A DNA stretch of 64,000 nt from Balanoglossus misakiensis (Eukaryota > Animalia > Hemichordata), in assembly GCA_040954595.2 (NCBI GenBank), contig CM082578.2, positions 401,740 to 465,739 on the forward strand, written 5' to 3'. The notes below the pieces were generated by a model. It was given only the letters and a program-made list of their open reading frames with translations, made no database searches and was not told the origin of the DNA. The position numbers were made by a program, and so were the translations under genes. Below, one piece after another: positions 38,701 through 50,700 of this stretch (its first letter is position 1; the number at the start of each line of letters is the position of its first letter).

Positions 38701-40992
38701 TATGGGGCAGTAGTGTATTTGAAAAGAGGACAGCAAACGTCGTTTGTGATGGCGAAGACTAGAACCGCACCAGTGGCTGAAACTACACTCCCGCGACTGG
38801 AATTGATGGCTGCGTTAATAGCCACACGTCTCAGCAAGTACGCTAAAGAAGCCATGTCCTCCAAATATGACATAGTTCGTTGTTATTTATGGAGTGACAG
38901 CCAAATTGTCCTTCACTGGCTGAACAGTGAGAAGAGACTTCCGGTGTTTGTGAAGAATCGAGTAGATGAAATTCGCGAATTTCAGGCAACAAAGAAATAC
39001 TGCCCATCAGAACACAACCCAGCTGATCTTTTAACCAGAGGGGTAACCTACGAAATGATGGAACGCTCTGAACTATGGCGTAATGGACCAACATGGCTAA
39101 AGACAAGCGATTGGCCTAGTTGCCCAGCATTTGATGTTAATGTGATGCATACCGCAATCGAACCAGATGAGACGGACAGATTGCCGCCGCGTTTCGGCAA
39201 CGGAATCAACGATCAGTCTACCGAGAACGCAGAAATACTCGCTCCCCCCAAAGCCAGACGATGTACAGATCGCGAAAATCTGGAAATTACCAGTCCCAAT
39301 GACTACGGAATTCAACACGTTGTTGACATTTCCAGATTCAACAACTTGGATAGGCTATTACGAGTGACAAGTTATGTCCTCAGATTCATCGCACGGATGA
39401 AAAAATCTACCGAGGTGAAACACGGGAGAATTACCCCTGATGAGCTGCACCGAGCGGAAAATATGTGGGTTAAACATATTCAACGGCACTTCTATGACGC
39501 CGAAATCCAGTCTGTGAAATTGAACTTGAGTAAATGTGCGCCCATTGTTCGACAACTGAACTTATTTGTTGACGAAGAAGACGTACTTCTCTGTGGGAGT
39601 AGAATCCATAACGCGCCGATCGATTTCGTCACAAGATTTCCCGCCTTGATACCCTCGCATCATAAATTGACAAATTTGATAATACGGAAATCACACGAAC
39701 TGAAGCTTCACCAGGGAGTCCAATCTACAGTGACACAGATAAGGCAAAGATATTGGATCCCCAAAATTCGGATTATTGTACGCGGTGTCTTACGTGGTTG
39801 TGTCATTTGCAACAAAGTTACCGGGAAACCTTACGCGAATCCAGTGCAAGCGCCGCTACCAAGTTATCGAGTGAACATTGTCCCAGCATTTACTGTAACA
39901 GGCGTGGATTTCACGGGTCATCTTTATACCAAGGCCAAAGATGGGACACGTGCCAAAGCCTATATCTGTTTATTCACCTGTGCGGTGACGCGTGCCATTC
40001 ACCTAGAACTGGTTCCTGATATGTCAACCCAGACGTTCATGCACGCGTTCAGAAGATTCGCCGCGAGACGTTCTTTGCCGAGTAGGATGCTGTCAGACAA
40101 CGCATCGACTTATTTATCGGCTGCCAATGAAATCAAAACACTGTTTGATACGCCAGAAGTAAATGACTTTCTCGCCGCACATCGTGTACAATGGACGTTT
40201 ATACCGAAGCGCGCGCCCTGGTTTGGTGGCTTCTGGGAGAGGCTGATTGCTTTGACAAAGAACGCTATTAGGAAAACTCTCGGTCGAGCTTACCTAACCT
40301 TTGATGAACTCGCAACAGTTGTGACTGAAATTGAAGCCGTTTTAAACGACAGGCCGTTAACGTACGTGTCATCCAGTATAAACGACAACATTGGATTGAC
40401 CCCAAATCACTTGCTACATGGCAGGACACTGACCTCATTGCCGTACATCGAGATCACCGACGAAGAGGTGATTGACCCATCTTACTGTGATAATCGTGAA
40501 ATCAACAAAAGATATGAACATCTATCAAGATTACACGATCAATTTTGGCGAAGATGGTCGTCCGAGTATCTGACTGCCCTACGTGAACGACATCCCACCA
40601 AAGGAACTCGTGATAATGTCATCAAGGTCGGAGATGTCGTGATAATACACAGTGACACTGACAAACGTCCGAAATGGCATTTAGGAACTGTAACAAGGTT
40701 GATCTTCGGTAATGATAAACTGGTACGATCTGCGGAGTTGAACACCGCAGGTGGTCCTACAAACCGACCTATCCATAAATTGTACCCATTGGAAGTTGTC
40801 TCCAAGGAGCTGTCAACTGTGTCTGGAGATAATACAGGTATTGGAGCAGATTCCAACACGAATACTGAAACAGTCGACACAGCTGGAGCCTCTGAAGATT
40901 CCTCGGTGAAGGCGGATGTTGTACCCCCGAGACGACCTGTCAGAGACTCTTCAGTTGCCGCTCGAGTACGAATAGCGGATCTCTCTATTTGA
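35740..40992 (+). CDS. BEL/Pao gag-pol polyprotein, one in-frame TAG at 35941-35943, N-terminus missing
   Basis: LPKLQLQTFSG..W..F (Pao gag), three Cys/His knuckles (CFNC..H...C, CRKC...HH..LH), LFDEGA protease, ADIEKAF and YVDN RT, FADAS..AYG RNase H, HHCC, GVDFTG/SDNA/WERL integrase. Confidence 0.93.
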
Positions 40993-41165
40993 CTTTGAAA
41001 TTGGAAAACAATTTCGATCGCATTGTGACTGTTATCATGTTTACTGACACAATGAACATTAGTTTATTATCCTTGAACACTTTAGGTGACTTTAATCATA
41101 TTTCATGTTATTTGATGTTTTTTTTTTCTGATGATTTTCGAGACTTTCCTTTGCGCGGGGGAGAA

Positions 41166-41496
41166 TATGGAGAAGTGAGAGATTTACTCCAGAAGGATCA
41201 CGTGACGGAAACTCTTACCCTATCAGAGTTGACTTTGTTTCCCGCCAAACTTTATACTTGTAGCAGATTTATTGTAATTTTTGAGTGTTTGCTCCGGCGT
41301 TCGTGGGACTTATATATAACCCAGTTTTGGCGCTTTCGTGCAGCTTTTTGTAAGGAGCTCTGTGGTGTTACTTTGTTGTTGGATTCAGATGGTAATAAAC
41401 CAGTGTTTTACCTAGCACTGAATCGTTCGCTTCTTTTCCGACGTCAGTATACTCGAACCCCCTCCCGGGAGTATTGATCACTGCCACGATACTTCC
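41166..41496 (+). repeat. Putative 3' LTR (~330 bp) of the BEL/Pao element
   Basis: Directly follows the purine tract; TATATATAA ~41311, AATAAA 41394; satellite resumes at 41497. Ends are not canonical TG..CA and there is no second LTR for comparison. Confidence 0.7.
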
Positions 41497-44400
41497 CCAC
41501 AATTTGGTCAAAATGGTAAATTTTTGAAAATTACAAAAAATACCCGTTTTCTACATTTTTGAAAATCTGAGTATAAAATGCTCTTCGTAACTATGTATAT
41601 ATCGATACAAATTCCACAAAAGACAGTCTAATATGGCTCACTGCAGACAAAATTGCGTTTTACCAAATTTTCCTTGAAAATGTCATTTTTAGAAAAATAA
41701 ATAAAAAAACCTTTGTTCTTCGAATTTGGTGCCCTGATCATATATGACATGTTGATTGTATGTTAAAACTTACGACCACTCCAAAAATGCAGAGATATTG
41801 TAACTCTTTTCTTCATTTTCGGAAATATTATGGAGCATGAAGTGTCGTTCTCTGTAAAAAGTGCTGCAAATTCCAGAAAAGGCGGTATAATTTGAATCAC
41901 CCAAGACAAAATTACCATTTTCGACTTTTTTTCGGAAAATTGTCTTTTTTACGAAATAAATAAGAATAAATTCTTTTCTTAGTTTCAAATGGGTAGAGAT
42001 ACTTTCCACACGGGTTTTCTAACATTGAATTCCCGTTCATCAACTCAGATTTCCTACAGCATAAGTCGGCTAAAACCCTGACACTCTAGAGCAGAAACAG
42101 TTGCACACTGGTAACTTTGAACAAGTCGATTTTTCTACGGCCTGGCTCGGCTAAATCTCCGTCACAACATGACATACACTAGCGTACGTTAGCAATGGTG
42201 ATCAAGTCAGATTTTCTACGGAATGGCTTGGATAAAGCCCAGGCACTCTAGAGCAGAAACACGCGTACAGAGACCACGTTGATCAAGTCTGATCTCCTAC
42301 GGCTTGGCTCGACTAAAACCCAGGCACACTATGACAGACACTAGCGTTCGTTAGCAACGTTGATCAAGTCAGATTTCCTACGGCATGGCTTGGCTAAAGC
42401 CCTGGCACTCTAGAGCAGAAACACGCGTACAGAGACCACGTTGATCTACTCACATTTCCTTCGGCCAGGCACGGCTGATGCCCCGGCACTATATATAGGA
42501 CACAGACTGGCGTAAGTTAACAACGGTAATCACGTCGGGTTTCCTACGGCCTGGCTCAGCTGAAGCCCCGGCACTCTAGAGCAGAAACAGGCGTACATTG
42601 ACCACGTTCATCAAGTCAGATTTCCTACGGCGTGACTCCGCTGGTGCACCGGCTCTATATGACACAGACTGGCGTAAGTTATCAACGGTGATTACGTCGG
42701 ATTTCCTACGGCCTGGTTTGGCTGAAGCCCCGGCACTTTAGAGCGGAAAGACGCGTACATTGACCACGATGATCAAGTCAGATCTCCTACGGCCTGGCTC
42801 GACTAAAACTCCGGCACACCATGACAGACACTAGCGTTTGTTACAACACTACATGTGACCAGACTCTTTGTTCTCTTGGGACAATTATCTATGATAATGC
42901 ACTGGTAGCAGTGCAATATCTGGATATTGCACTGCACCTGGCATAATAAGATTCACTACAACAAACAAGATAGCTTTGACAGGAGGTGCTGCCTCCGGCG
43001 GGAAGAACTGCTTCCAGGTGCACACACTTGGTTCGTCCATCTTTCTTTGTCGTGATCTCTGCGCTGCAGGGCTCAACCTTTGGTTGGGGGTTCGTTTCTA
43101 CCTCACACACGGATTCACCTGAAAGCTTGATTTTTTTCGACGTACCAAAACTTCCCTGAAGTGCCTACGCTGACGTACAATCGAACATTCCTGATCAATA
43201 TAAAACTACAAATTTACAAGTTCCGAGGTAAATGACAGAAAAATGGTACTTACAGACTGAGGATGTGCGCAATGGCGGCTGCAGGCCAGGAGAAAGGCAC
43301 CCTTGATTTTCTGCAGGACACTTTCCATGACCGATGGTTTATGTACATTCTCTTCAATGAAGCTACCAAAATCTTGGAAAATCCAGTCCATATCGTAAAA
43401 GCTACGCCCTTCGCTTTCGCTTGGGTGTCGGAACGTGCTCCATGGGTAATGAAAAGCTCGTGCTCGACGCTACTTTCGGCCATGGTGTTTGTCTGTCGAA
43501 GGTTGAGTTCCGAATGATGATGGAAACGTGACACCTCAATGACCACGTGACAAATGCCCTGGTTGACAAGTATCCAATCGAAATGAGTCATACACCAGGT
43601 GTATTTTGCGACGCTTGTGATTGGTTGATGTGGTTGAGAAGTTGTTTAGCATATATCAAGATCACAGATGTTGCGACGTATTGTAAGCCGGATAATGTAC
43701 TCGTGTCGTGCAATCGTTCAGATATTGAACGACACTCGGGCCTGCGGCCCTCGTGTCGTTCAATATCTGAACGATTGCACTCCACTCGTACATTATCCTT
43801 TACTTAGCAACGTTGATCAAGTCAGATTTCCTACGGCACGATTCGACTAAAAACCCGGCACACCATGACAGACACTACCGTTCGTTAGCAACGGAGATCA
43901 AGTCGGATTTCCTTCGGCCTGGCTCTGCAAAAGACCCGACACTCTAGTACAAAGACGTTGGCTAAGTCGGGCAAACCGAAGAGGGAAAGTCACAGCGGCT
44001 CAATCGTCGACATTTGTTCGGGTAGGACTGCATTATTGCCCGTCAATTTATTGAGAAAGCCCGAATTTAACCAGGGCGTTTCAAACACCGACGTTAGTTG
44101 GGGGCACGGCCTGCAGTACTGCCGGGTAAGCTTACATCGGCGTACCGCATATAATGTAGGGGGGGGGGGGGGGGGGGACAGAACGGTTCAATACTACATT
44201 TATTAGATATCAGCTAATTTTGGACAATCATCTAAAATCTAAATCATTTTTTCATATTTGGATATCTGATGATGTATGAAATTTCCATTTTATGTAAAAA
44301 TGGTGCTGATTATAAAAAATGCACTCTGAATGAGCTGATTTAATACAAAATTGCGTTTTTGCACCAAAAAGGTAATTTTTAGGCAAAACATTCTTTATTT

Positions 44401-47340
44401 TTTTTAATTCGGTGACCTGATCATATATAAACAATTGCTTGTATGTTAAACGTTTTTATGACTTTTAAAAGCAGTGACACTGGCGGCATTCAACACGAAA
44501 ATAACAATTTTAGCCACAATTTGGTCAAAATGGTAATTTTTTGAAAATTACAAAAAATACCTGTTTTCTACATTTTCGGAAATCTGATGGAGTATAGAAT
44601 GCTCTTCGTATGTATATATCGATACAAATTCCACAAAAGAGCGCCTAATTTGGCTCACTGCAGACAAAATTGCGTTTTACCAAATTTTCCTTGAAAATGT
44701 CATTTTTAGAAAAAAAAAAAAAAACCTTTGTTCTTCGAATTTGGTGCCCTGATCATATATTACATGTTGATTGTATGTTAAGACTTTCGACCACTCCAAA
44801 AATGCAGAGATATTGACGGAATTCAAGAAAAAATAGCCATTTTTGCCATATTTTGACAAAAATGGTAAATTTTTAAAAACACATAAAAAATTAACTCTTT
44901 TCTTCATTTTCGGAAATATTATGGAGCATGAAGTGTCATTCTCTTGTAAAAAGTGCTGCAAATTCCAGAAAAGGCGGTATAATTTGAATCACCCAAGACA
45001 AAATTACCATTTTCGTCTTTTTCGAAAAATTGTCTTTTTCACAAAATAAATAAGAATAAATTCTTTTCTTAGTTTCAAACGGGTAGAGATACTTTCCACA
45101 CGGGTTTTCTAACATTGAATTCCCGTTCATCAACTCAGATTTCCTACAGAATAAGTCGGATAAAACCCTGACACTCTAGAGCAGAAACAGTTGCACACTG
45201 GTAACGTTGAACAAGTCGATTTTTCTACGGCCTGGCTCGGCTAAATCTCCGTCACAATATGACAGACACTAGCGTACGTTAGCAACGGTGATCATGTCAG
45301 ATTTTCTACGACATGGCTTGGATAAAGCCCCGGCACTCTAGAGCAGAAACACGCGTACAGAGACCACGTTGATCTACTCACATTTCCTTCGGCCTGGCAC
45401 GGCTGATGCCCCGGCACTATATATAGGACACAGACTGGCGTAAGTTAACAACGGTAATCACGTCGGGTTTCCTTCGGCCTGGCTCAGCTGAAGCCCCGGC
45501 ACTCTAGAGCAGAAACAGGCGTACATTGACCACGTTGATCAAGTCAGATTTCCTACGGCGTGACTCGGCTGGTGCACCGGCTCTATATGACACAGACTGG
45601 CGTAAGTTATCAACGGTGATTACGTCGGATTTCCTACGGCCTGGTTTAGCTGAAGCCCCGGCACTTTAGAGCGGAAACACGCGTACATTGACCACGATGA
45701 TCAAGTCAGATCTCCTACGGCCTGGCTCGACTAAAACCCCGGCACACCATGACAGACACTAGCGTTCGTTAGCAACGGTGATCAAGTTGGATTTCCTTCG
45801 GCCTGGCTCTGCAAAAGACCCGACACATTAGTACAAAGACGTTGGCTAAGTCGGGCAAACCGAAGAGGGAAAGTCACAGCGGGTCAACACTCGACATTTG
45901 TTCGGGTAGGACTGCATTATTGCCTGTCAATTTATAGAGAAAGCTCGAATTTAACCAGGGCGTTTCAAACACCGAAGTTAGTTGGGGGCACGGCCTGCAG
46001 TACTGCCGGGTAAGCTGACATCGGCGTACCGCATGTAATGTAGGGGGGGGGGGGGACAGAACGGTTCAATACTACATTTATCAGATATCAGCTAATTTTG
46101 GACAATCATCTTAAATATATCTAATTCATTTTTTCATATTTGGATATCTGATGATGTATGAAATTTCCATTATATGTAACAATGGTGCTGATTATAAAAA
46201 TGCACTCTGAATGAGCTGATTTAATACAAAATTGCGTTTTATTCGTTTTTGCACCAAAAAGGTCATTTTTAGGCAAAACATTCTTTATTTTTTTAATTCG
46301 GTGACCTGATCATATATAAACAACATGCTTGTATGTTAAAAGTTTTTATGACTTTTAAAAGCAGTGACACTGGCGGCATTCAACACGAAAATAACAATTT
46401 TAGCCACAATTTGGTCAAAATGGTAAATTTTTGAAAATTACAAAAAATACCTGTTTTCTACATTTTCGGAAATCTGATGAGTATAGAATGCTCTTCGTAT
46501 GTATATATCGATACAAATTCCACAAAATACCGTCTAATTTGGCTCACTGCAGACAAAATTGCGTTTTACCAAATTTTCCTTGAAAATGTCATTTTTAGAA
46601 AAAAAATAAAAAAACCTTTGTTCTTCGAATTTGGTGCCCTGATCATATATGACATGTTGATTGTATGTTAAAACTTTCGACCACTCCAAAAATGCAGAGA
46701 TATTGACGGAATTCAAGAAAAAATAGCCATTTTTGCCATATTTTGACAAAAATGGTAAATTTTAAAAAAATCTTAAAAAATTAACTCTTTTCTTCATTTT
46801 CGAAAATATTATGGAGCATGAAGTGTCGTTCTCTTGTAAAAAGTGCTGCAAATTCCAGAAAAAGCGGTATAATTTGAATCACCCAAGACAAAATTACCAT
46901 TTTCGACATTTTTCGAAAAATTGTCTTTTTTACAAAATAAATAAGAATAAATTCTTTTCTTAGTTTCAAACGGGTAGAGATACTTTCCACACGTGTTTTC
47001 TAACATTGAATTCCCGTTCATCAACTCAGATTTCCTACAGCATAAGTCGGCTAAAACCCTGACACTCTAGAGCAGAAACAGTTGCACACTGGTAACGTTG
47101 AACAAGTCGATTTTTCTACGGCCTGGCTCGGCTAAATCTCCGTCACAATATGACAGACACTAGCGTACGTTAGCAACGGTGATCAAGTCAGATTTTCTAC
47201 GGCATGGCTTGGATAAAGCCCCGGCACTCTAGAGCAGAAACACGCGTACAGAGACCACGTTGATCAAGTCTGATCTCCTACGGCTTGGCTCGACTAAAAC
47301 CCCGGCACACTATGACAGACACTAGCGTTCGTTAGCAACG
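41497..47340 (-). repeat. Macrosatellite, reverse orientation, interrupted at 42844-43803; array ends abruptly at 47340
   Basis: Poly-G at ~44159 and 46043; the last 81-bp block stops mid-unit at GTTAGCAACG. Confidence 0.95.
42844..43803 (-). mobile_element. ~960-bp insertion with a long terminal hairpin, TTA on both sides; possibly a Crypton-like non-autonomous element
   Basis: Interrupts satellite CG-TTA-GCAACG; perfect 28-bp stem 43708-43735/43753-43780 and outer stem 43690-43700/43788-43798; no TIR at the other end. Family is my recollection only. Confidence 0.6.
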
Positions 47341-47705
47341 AACACGATTGGGAATATTTTGGGATAATTGGATTTGGTACAGTTTGCCAAAAATGATGGA
47401 AAAATATGTTACCAGACTGTAATTTTCACTACAGGCTGAGTTAAATTGCTTAATTTAAACCACTCTGCTGTGCAATTAAATTTCTTTCATTTTTTTTCAT
47501 ATTATCCAGCCAAACGTAACACTTTTATAAATGTCAAAGAATATATATATAATGAAAAATTGAAAAGCTTCCACTATCATAGAATAATGTCTACATGTAT
47601 GAAATTACATTTTTTTCATCATTTACCTATTTTTAATTTTTGAGTGTTGTCAAGTTGCAACAGCATGTGTAAATGGCCTTATTCTAACTTATATTGAATA
47701 AATAC

Positions 47706-50700
47706 CTCTGGAACGGTTTTCCACATGGCAGTATGCCGGTTGAACGTAGCAGTTTTTTTCCTTCTTGAGAACTTCCAGAACGTCACTGATCTGCATAACA
47801 TCACAAATTATTGCAATATTATACATCTTCTTTTGTGAATCACAGTTGACAGCTTTTATCATGACGACCAATCGGTTGATATCATCAACAGACCATTCCT
47901 ACAAGAAAAAATACGTTGAGTGTCATTAATAAAACTGTCATTGTGTAGTTGTACTCACAATGATAACTGTATATACAGTCAGTGTTGACAAGAATGACAC
48001 TGGCAGTTTCAACAAGATAGAAATAGCTGTTGTTCATACAGCGCAGTTAATGCCGGTCCCATATCATTTTTGTTATTAACCATGAACACAAGTTGTAGAC
48101 TGAGTGATATTCAGATATCAGTGAATACAATCACAGTTATATAGTTTTTAATGAGCTTTTAATCAAATTGATGGATTCATACCAGTGGAAGTACACGGGT
48201 GTAAGGTCATGAAGAGGTCACGGAAACGGCTAATTGGTTGCAAACATGTATGTGACAAGAGTAGAATTTTGAAATAAAAATAACTTACCTTAGGCATATC
48301 AATCAATGTTAAGTCAATGCCAGAAAACCCTGGGCAGTGTTCCTTTAGGAGAACTGTATTTAAATTTTGGACAGCCTCTGAGATCGTAAAAGCATATGTC
48401 CCATTTTGGGAATATGCTGCAGCCTTTTTCGTGTTATCTTTGTACTTCTCCAACAGAAGCAACCGCTGACAGTAGTTGACAAATCCGTCTGGAATTCCTC
48501 TGGAGAAGGACAGCTTGGTAAATTCCTCCAGTCTCTCACGTTTTGCTTCTTTCGGAAATCGTTCAGTCGCTTCTTTCCACCCACCATCCAAACAGTTTGT
48601 CTGTTGACAAAAGCTCCTCTGTATAATGTCTAACTTTTTCAGAGTCGATGCCTCCTTACACATTTCAGCATATGACATAGTGCTGTCAATTACATTTTCC
48701 AACAGCAGGCGCTGATCCTCAGTGTCTATACAGAAAAAGTCTTGGAGTTTGCTGTAGGGTAGAACAGGTCGATTCTTATACTCTTCTCCTTTTAACTTCT
48801 GGTCTTTGGTTGCCCCATCTTCATACATCTCTATAACAGACATCATCAGCTCAAAGTTTTCAACCATGGATGAAATCCCATAAATAGTTTGCATCATGGC
48901 ACTGTTGACTCTCTGTAAAATGAAAAAAAAAAAATGATTACAAAATTGTTTTCATACAAGTATAGTCATAAAATCATACTACTTAGACCGATTTCACACA
49001 TATTTATAAGTAACTATAAATCAGTGGAATCCAAAAAAAAAATCATTGAGGAATATTTGCCAATTTGTGTGAGGTGTTTATGTATTGGTTGTTTCGTCTG
49101 TTATTGTCAAATACTATACCTTGTCAAATTGATTTTCATAGAAAGCTAAAGCTCTATATACACAATGTCATTCATAATATTTTCTAAATCATATTGAGAC
49201 ATCAATCAGGAGAGTTTTTGTACATGGTAAAAAAGCATTGAAAGCTGGAAGGAATTAGAGACATAAGATATCTATGGAGTAATTTTCCTTCAGGACAACA
49301 TCGGGTCTGACTACAATCAATATAAGAAATATTAAAAACCACTGAAAACATGGTAAAGCTGCACAAATATAAATACATGTACTTGCCTCTTTCAAAATCA
49401 AAGCACACGATTTTTCCCAATTCGCTTTGTCGTCCTCATTTCTTGTTCTTTCATAGAGTTCTCTACACACTTTGACCTACAAACACAAGAATAGATTACA
49501 GCCATTATTAGTCAATACTGTGTGTACTAACATTTCATATTAATTAGTATCCCAGCAATTAATTGCTCCTGAATGCAAAGTGAGATGAAATGCAGAAGAA
49601 TACCAGTTTTTTGTGTTAAAACAAACAAGCTCCAATGATAATCATTTTTGATATTGTGAACATGTCAGCCGATGGAACATCAGTGATCTCACAAAAAATC
49701 ATATTTGTGCATAAATAAAAAACTAAAGCTATATGAATTTTCTCCATCATTCAACTTCTGTCAGTGTTGTTTCAACTTTTTTTAAGAGTTTTTTTTTTGT
49801 TGGGGGGGTGCAGATATGAAGTAGCTAAAAAGCATACCAGCTAAAAGATGTGTTTCAGAGTACAATCTTGTTGTTAAATTCAGGACAATAGTGACTAGGA
49901 CAGAAGCCAATAACACTGCAATGTAATGTTTCTTACAATTCTTAAAACTTTATTTCCCAACATTGTCTTATCTGTGTTGAATTAGGATTTGATTTGTAAT
50001 TGTCATGATCATTATAACACTCATTCACATCACACACATTACCTTATCTTTAAAGCTCATCTTGCTGTGCTGTTGCATTGTGATGTTGTGTTGGTTGCCT
50101 AACCACAGTCTCTGCTCCTCATTCAAGTCAGCATACACCACAGCATATCTGGACTGCAGCTCTTCCCTATCGGGGTATTTTTCAGCCAGATTCTTTACAG
50201 CAAGATACGAGTGTTGGTCTCCAATCACTTCGTAAGTGTAACCATTGACCTAAAATTTGCAATTAATATATACATTAAAATTAACATGGGTTATGAATCT
50301 AATTTTCAAATCAATCCAACCAGCAGTTTTCAAGATTTATACTGAACACTCTCATGTTTGTTTCAGCTAATATGATGGTAGTGTCAAACAAAATCTCAAT
50401 CCAGTGTGCAACTAGAAAAATAATAAAAGATGATCCATCCATTGTTTCCAAAATATTTGTAGAGGAAACTATTATGTCATATACATGTACGCAAATGTAC
50501 ATTTTCCAGCCAATAGGAACTTAGCTTGCCATACATATCCCAAATAGGAGCAAAGAATATTATGGCATAACATATAAACCTGTCCAAATAAATCAGACTG
50601 ATCATGCAAATGAACAATAAAACCACTGTCCTTGTTAGCCTTAGAAATAAGAAATAAATTGTATTACAGTAATATACATTTTTTGCACTTACATTGCTGT

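Larger units (their letters stand above)
35651..41496 (+). mobile_element. BEL/Pao LTR retrotransposon lacking its 5' LTR and gag start
   Basis: Domain order gag-PR-RT-RNaseH-IN; purine tract GGGGGAGAA 41157-41165 followed by a single LTR-like segment; no TSD; satellite phase differs on the two sides. Confidence 0.93.

Noticed and set aside
36636-40880. Antisense and alternate-frame ORFs inside the BEL/Pao ORF
   Set aside because: Expected shadows of a long coding frame.
40989-41477. 162-aa ORF after pol as an env-like gene
   Set aside because: Runs through the purine tract and LTR, starts at TTG and shows no envelope features.
13127-47024. Recurrent 60-81 aa ORFs (MMNGNSML.., MESISTRL.., MFIYDQ..) in the satellite
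   Set aside because: Frames open and close with homopolymer length between units; no recognisable motifs.
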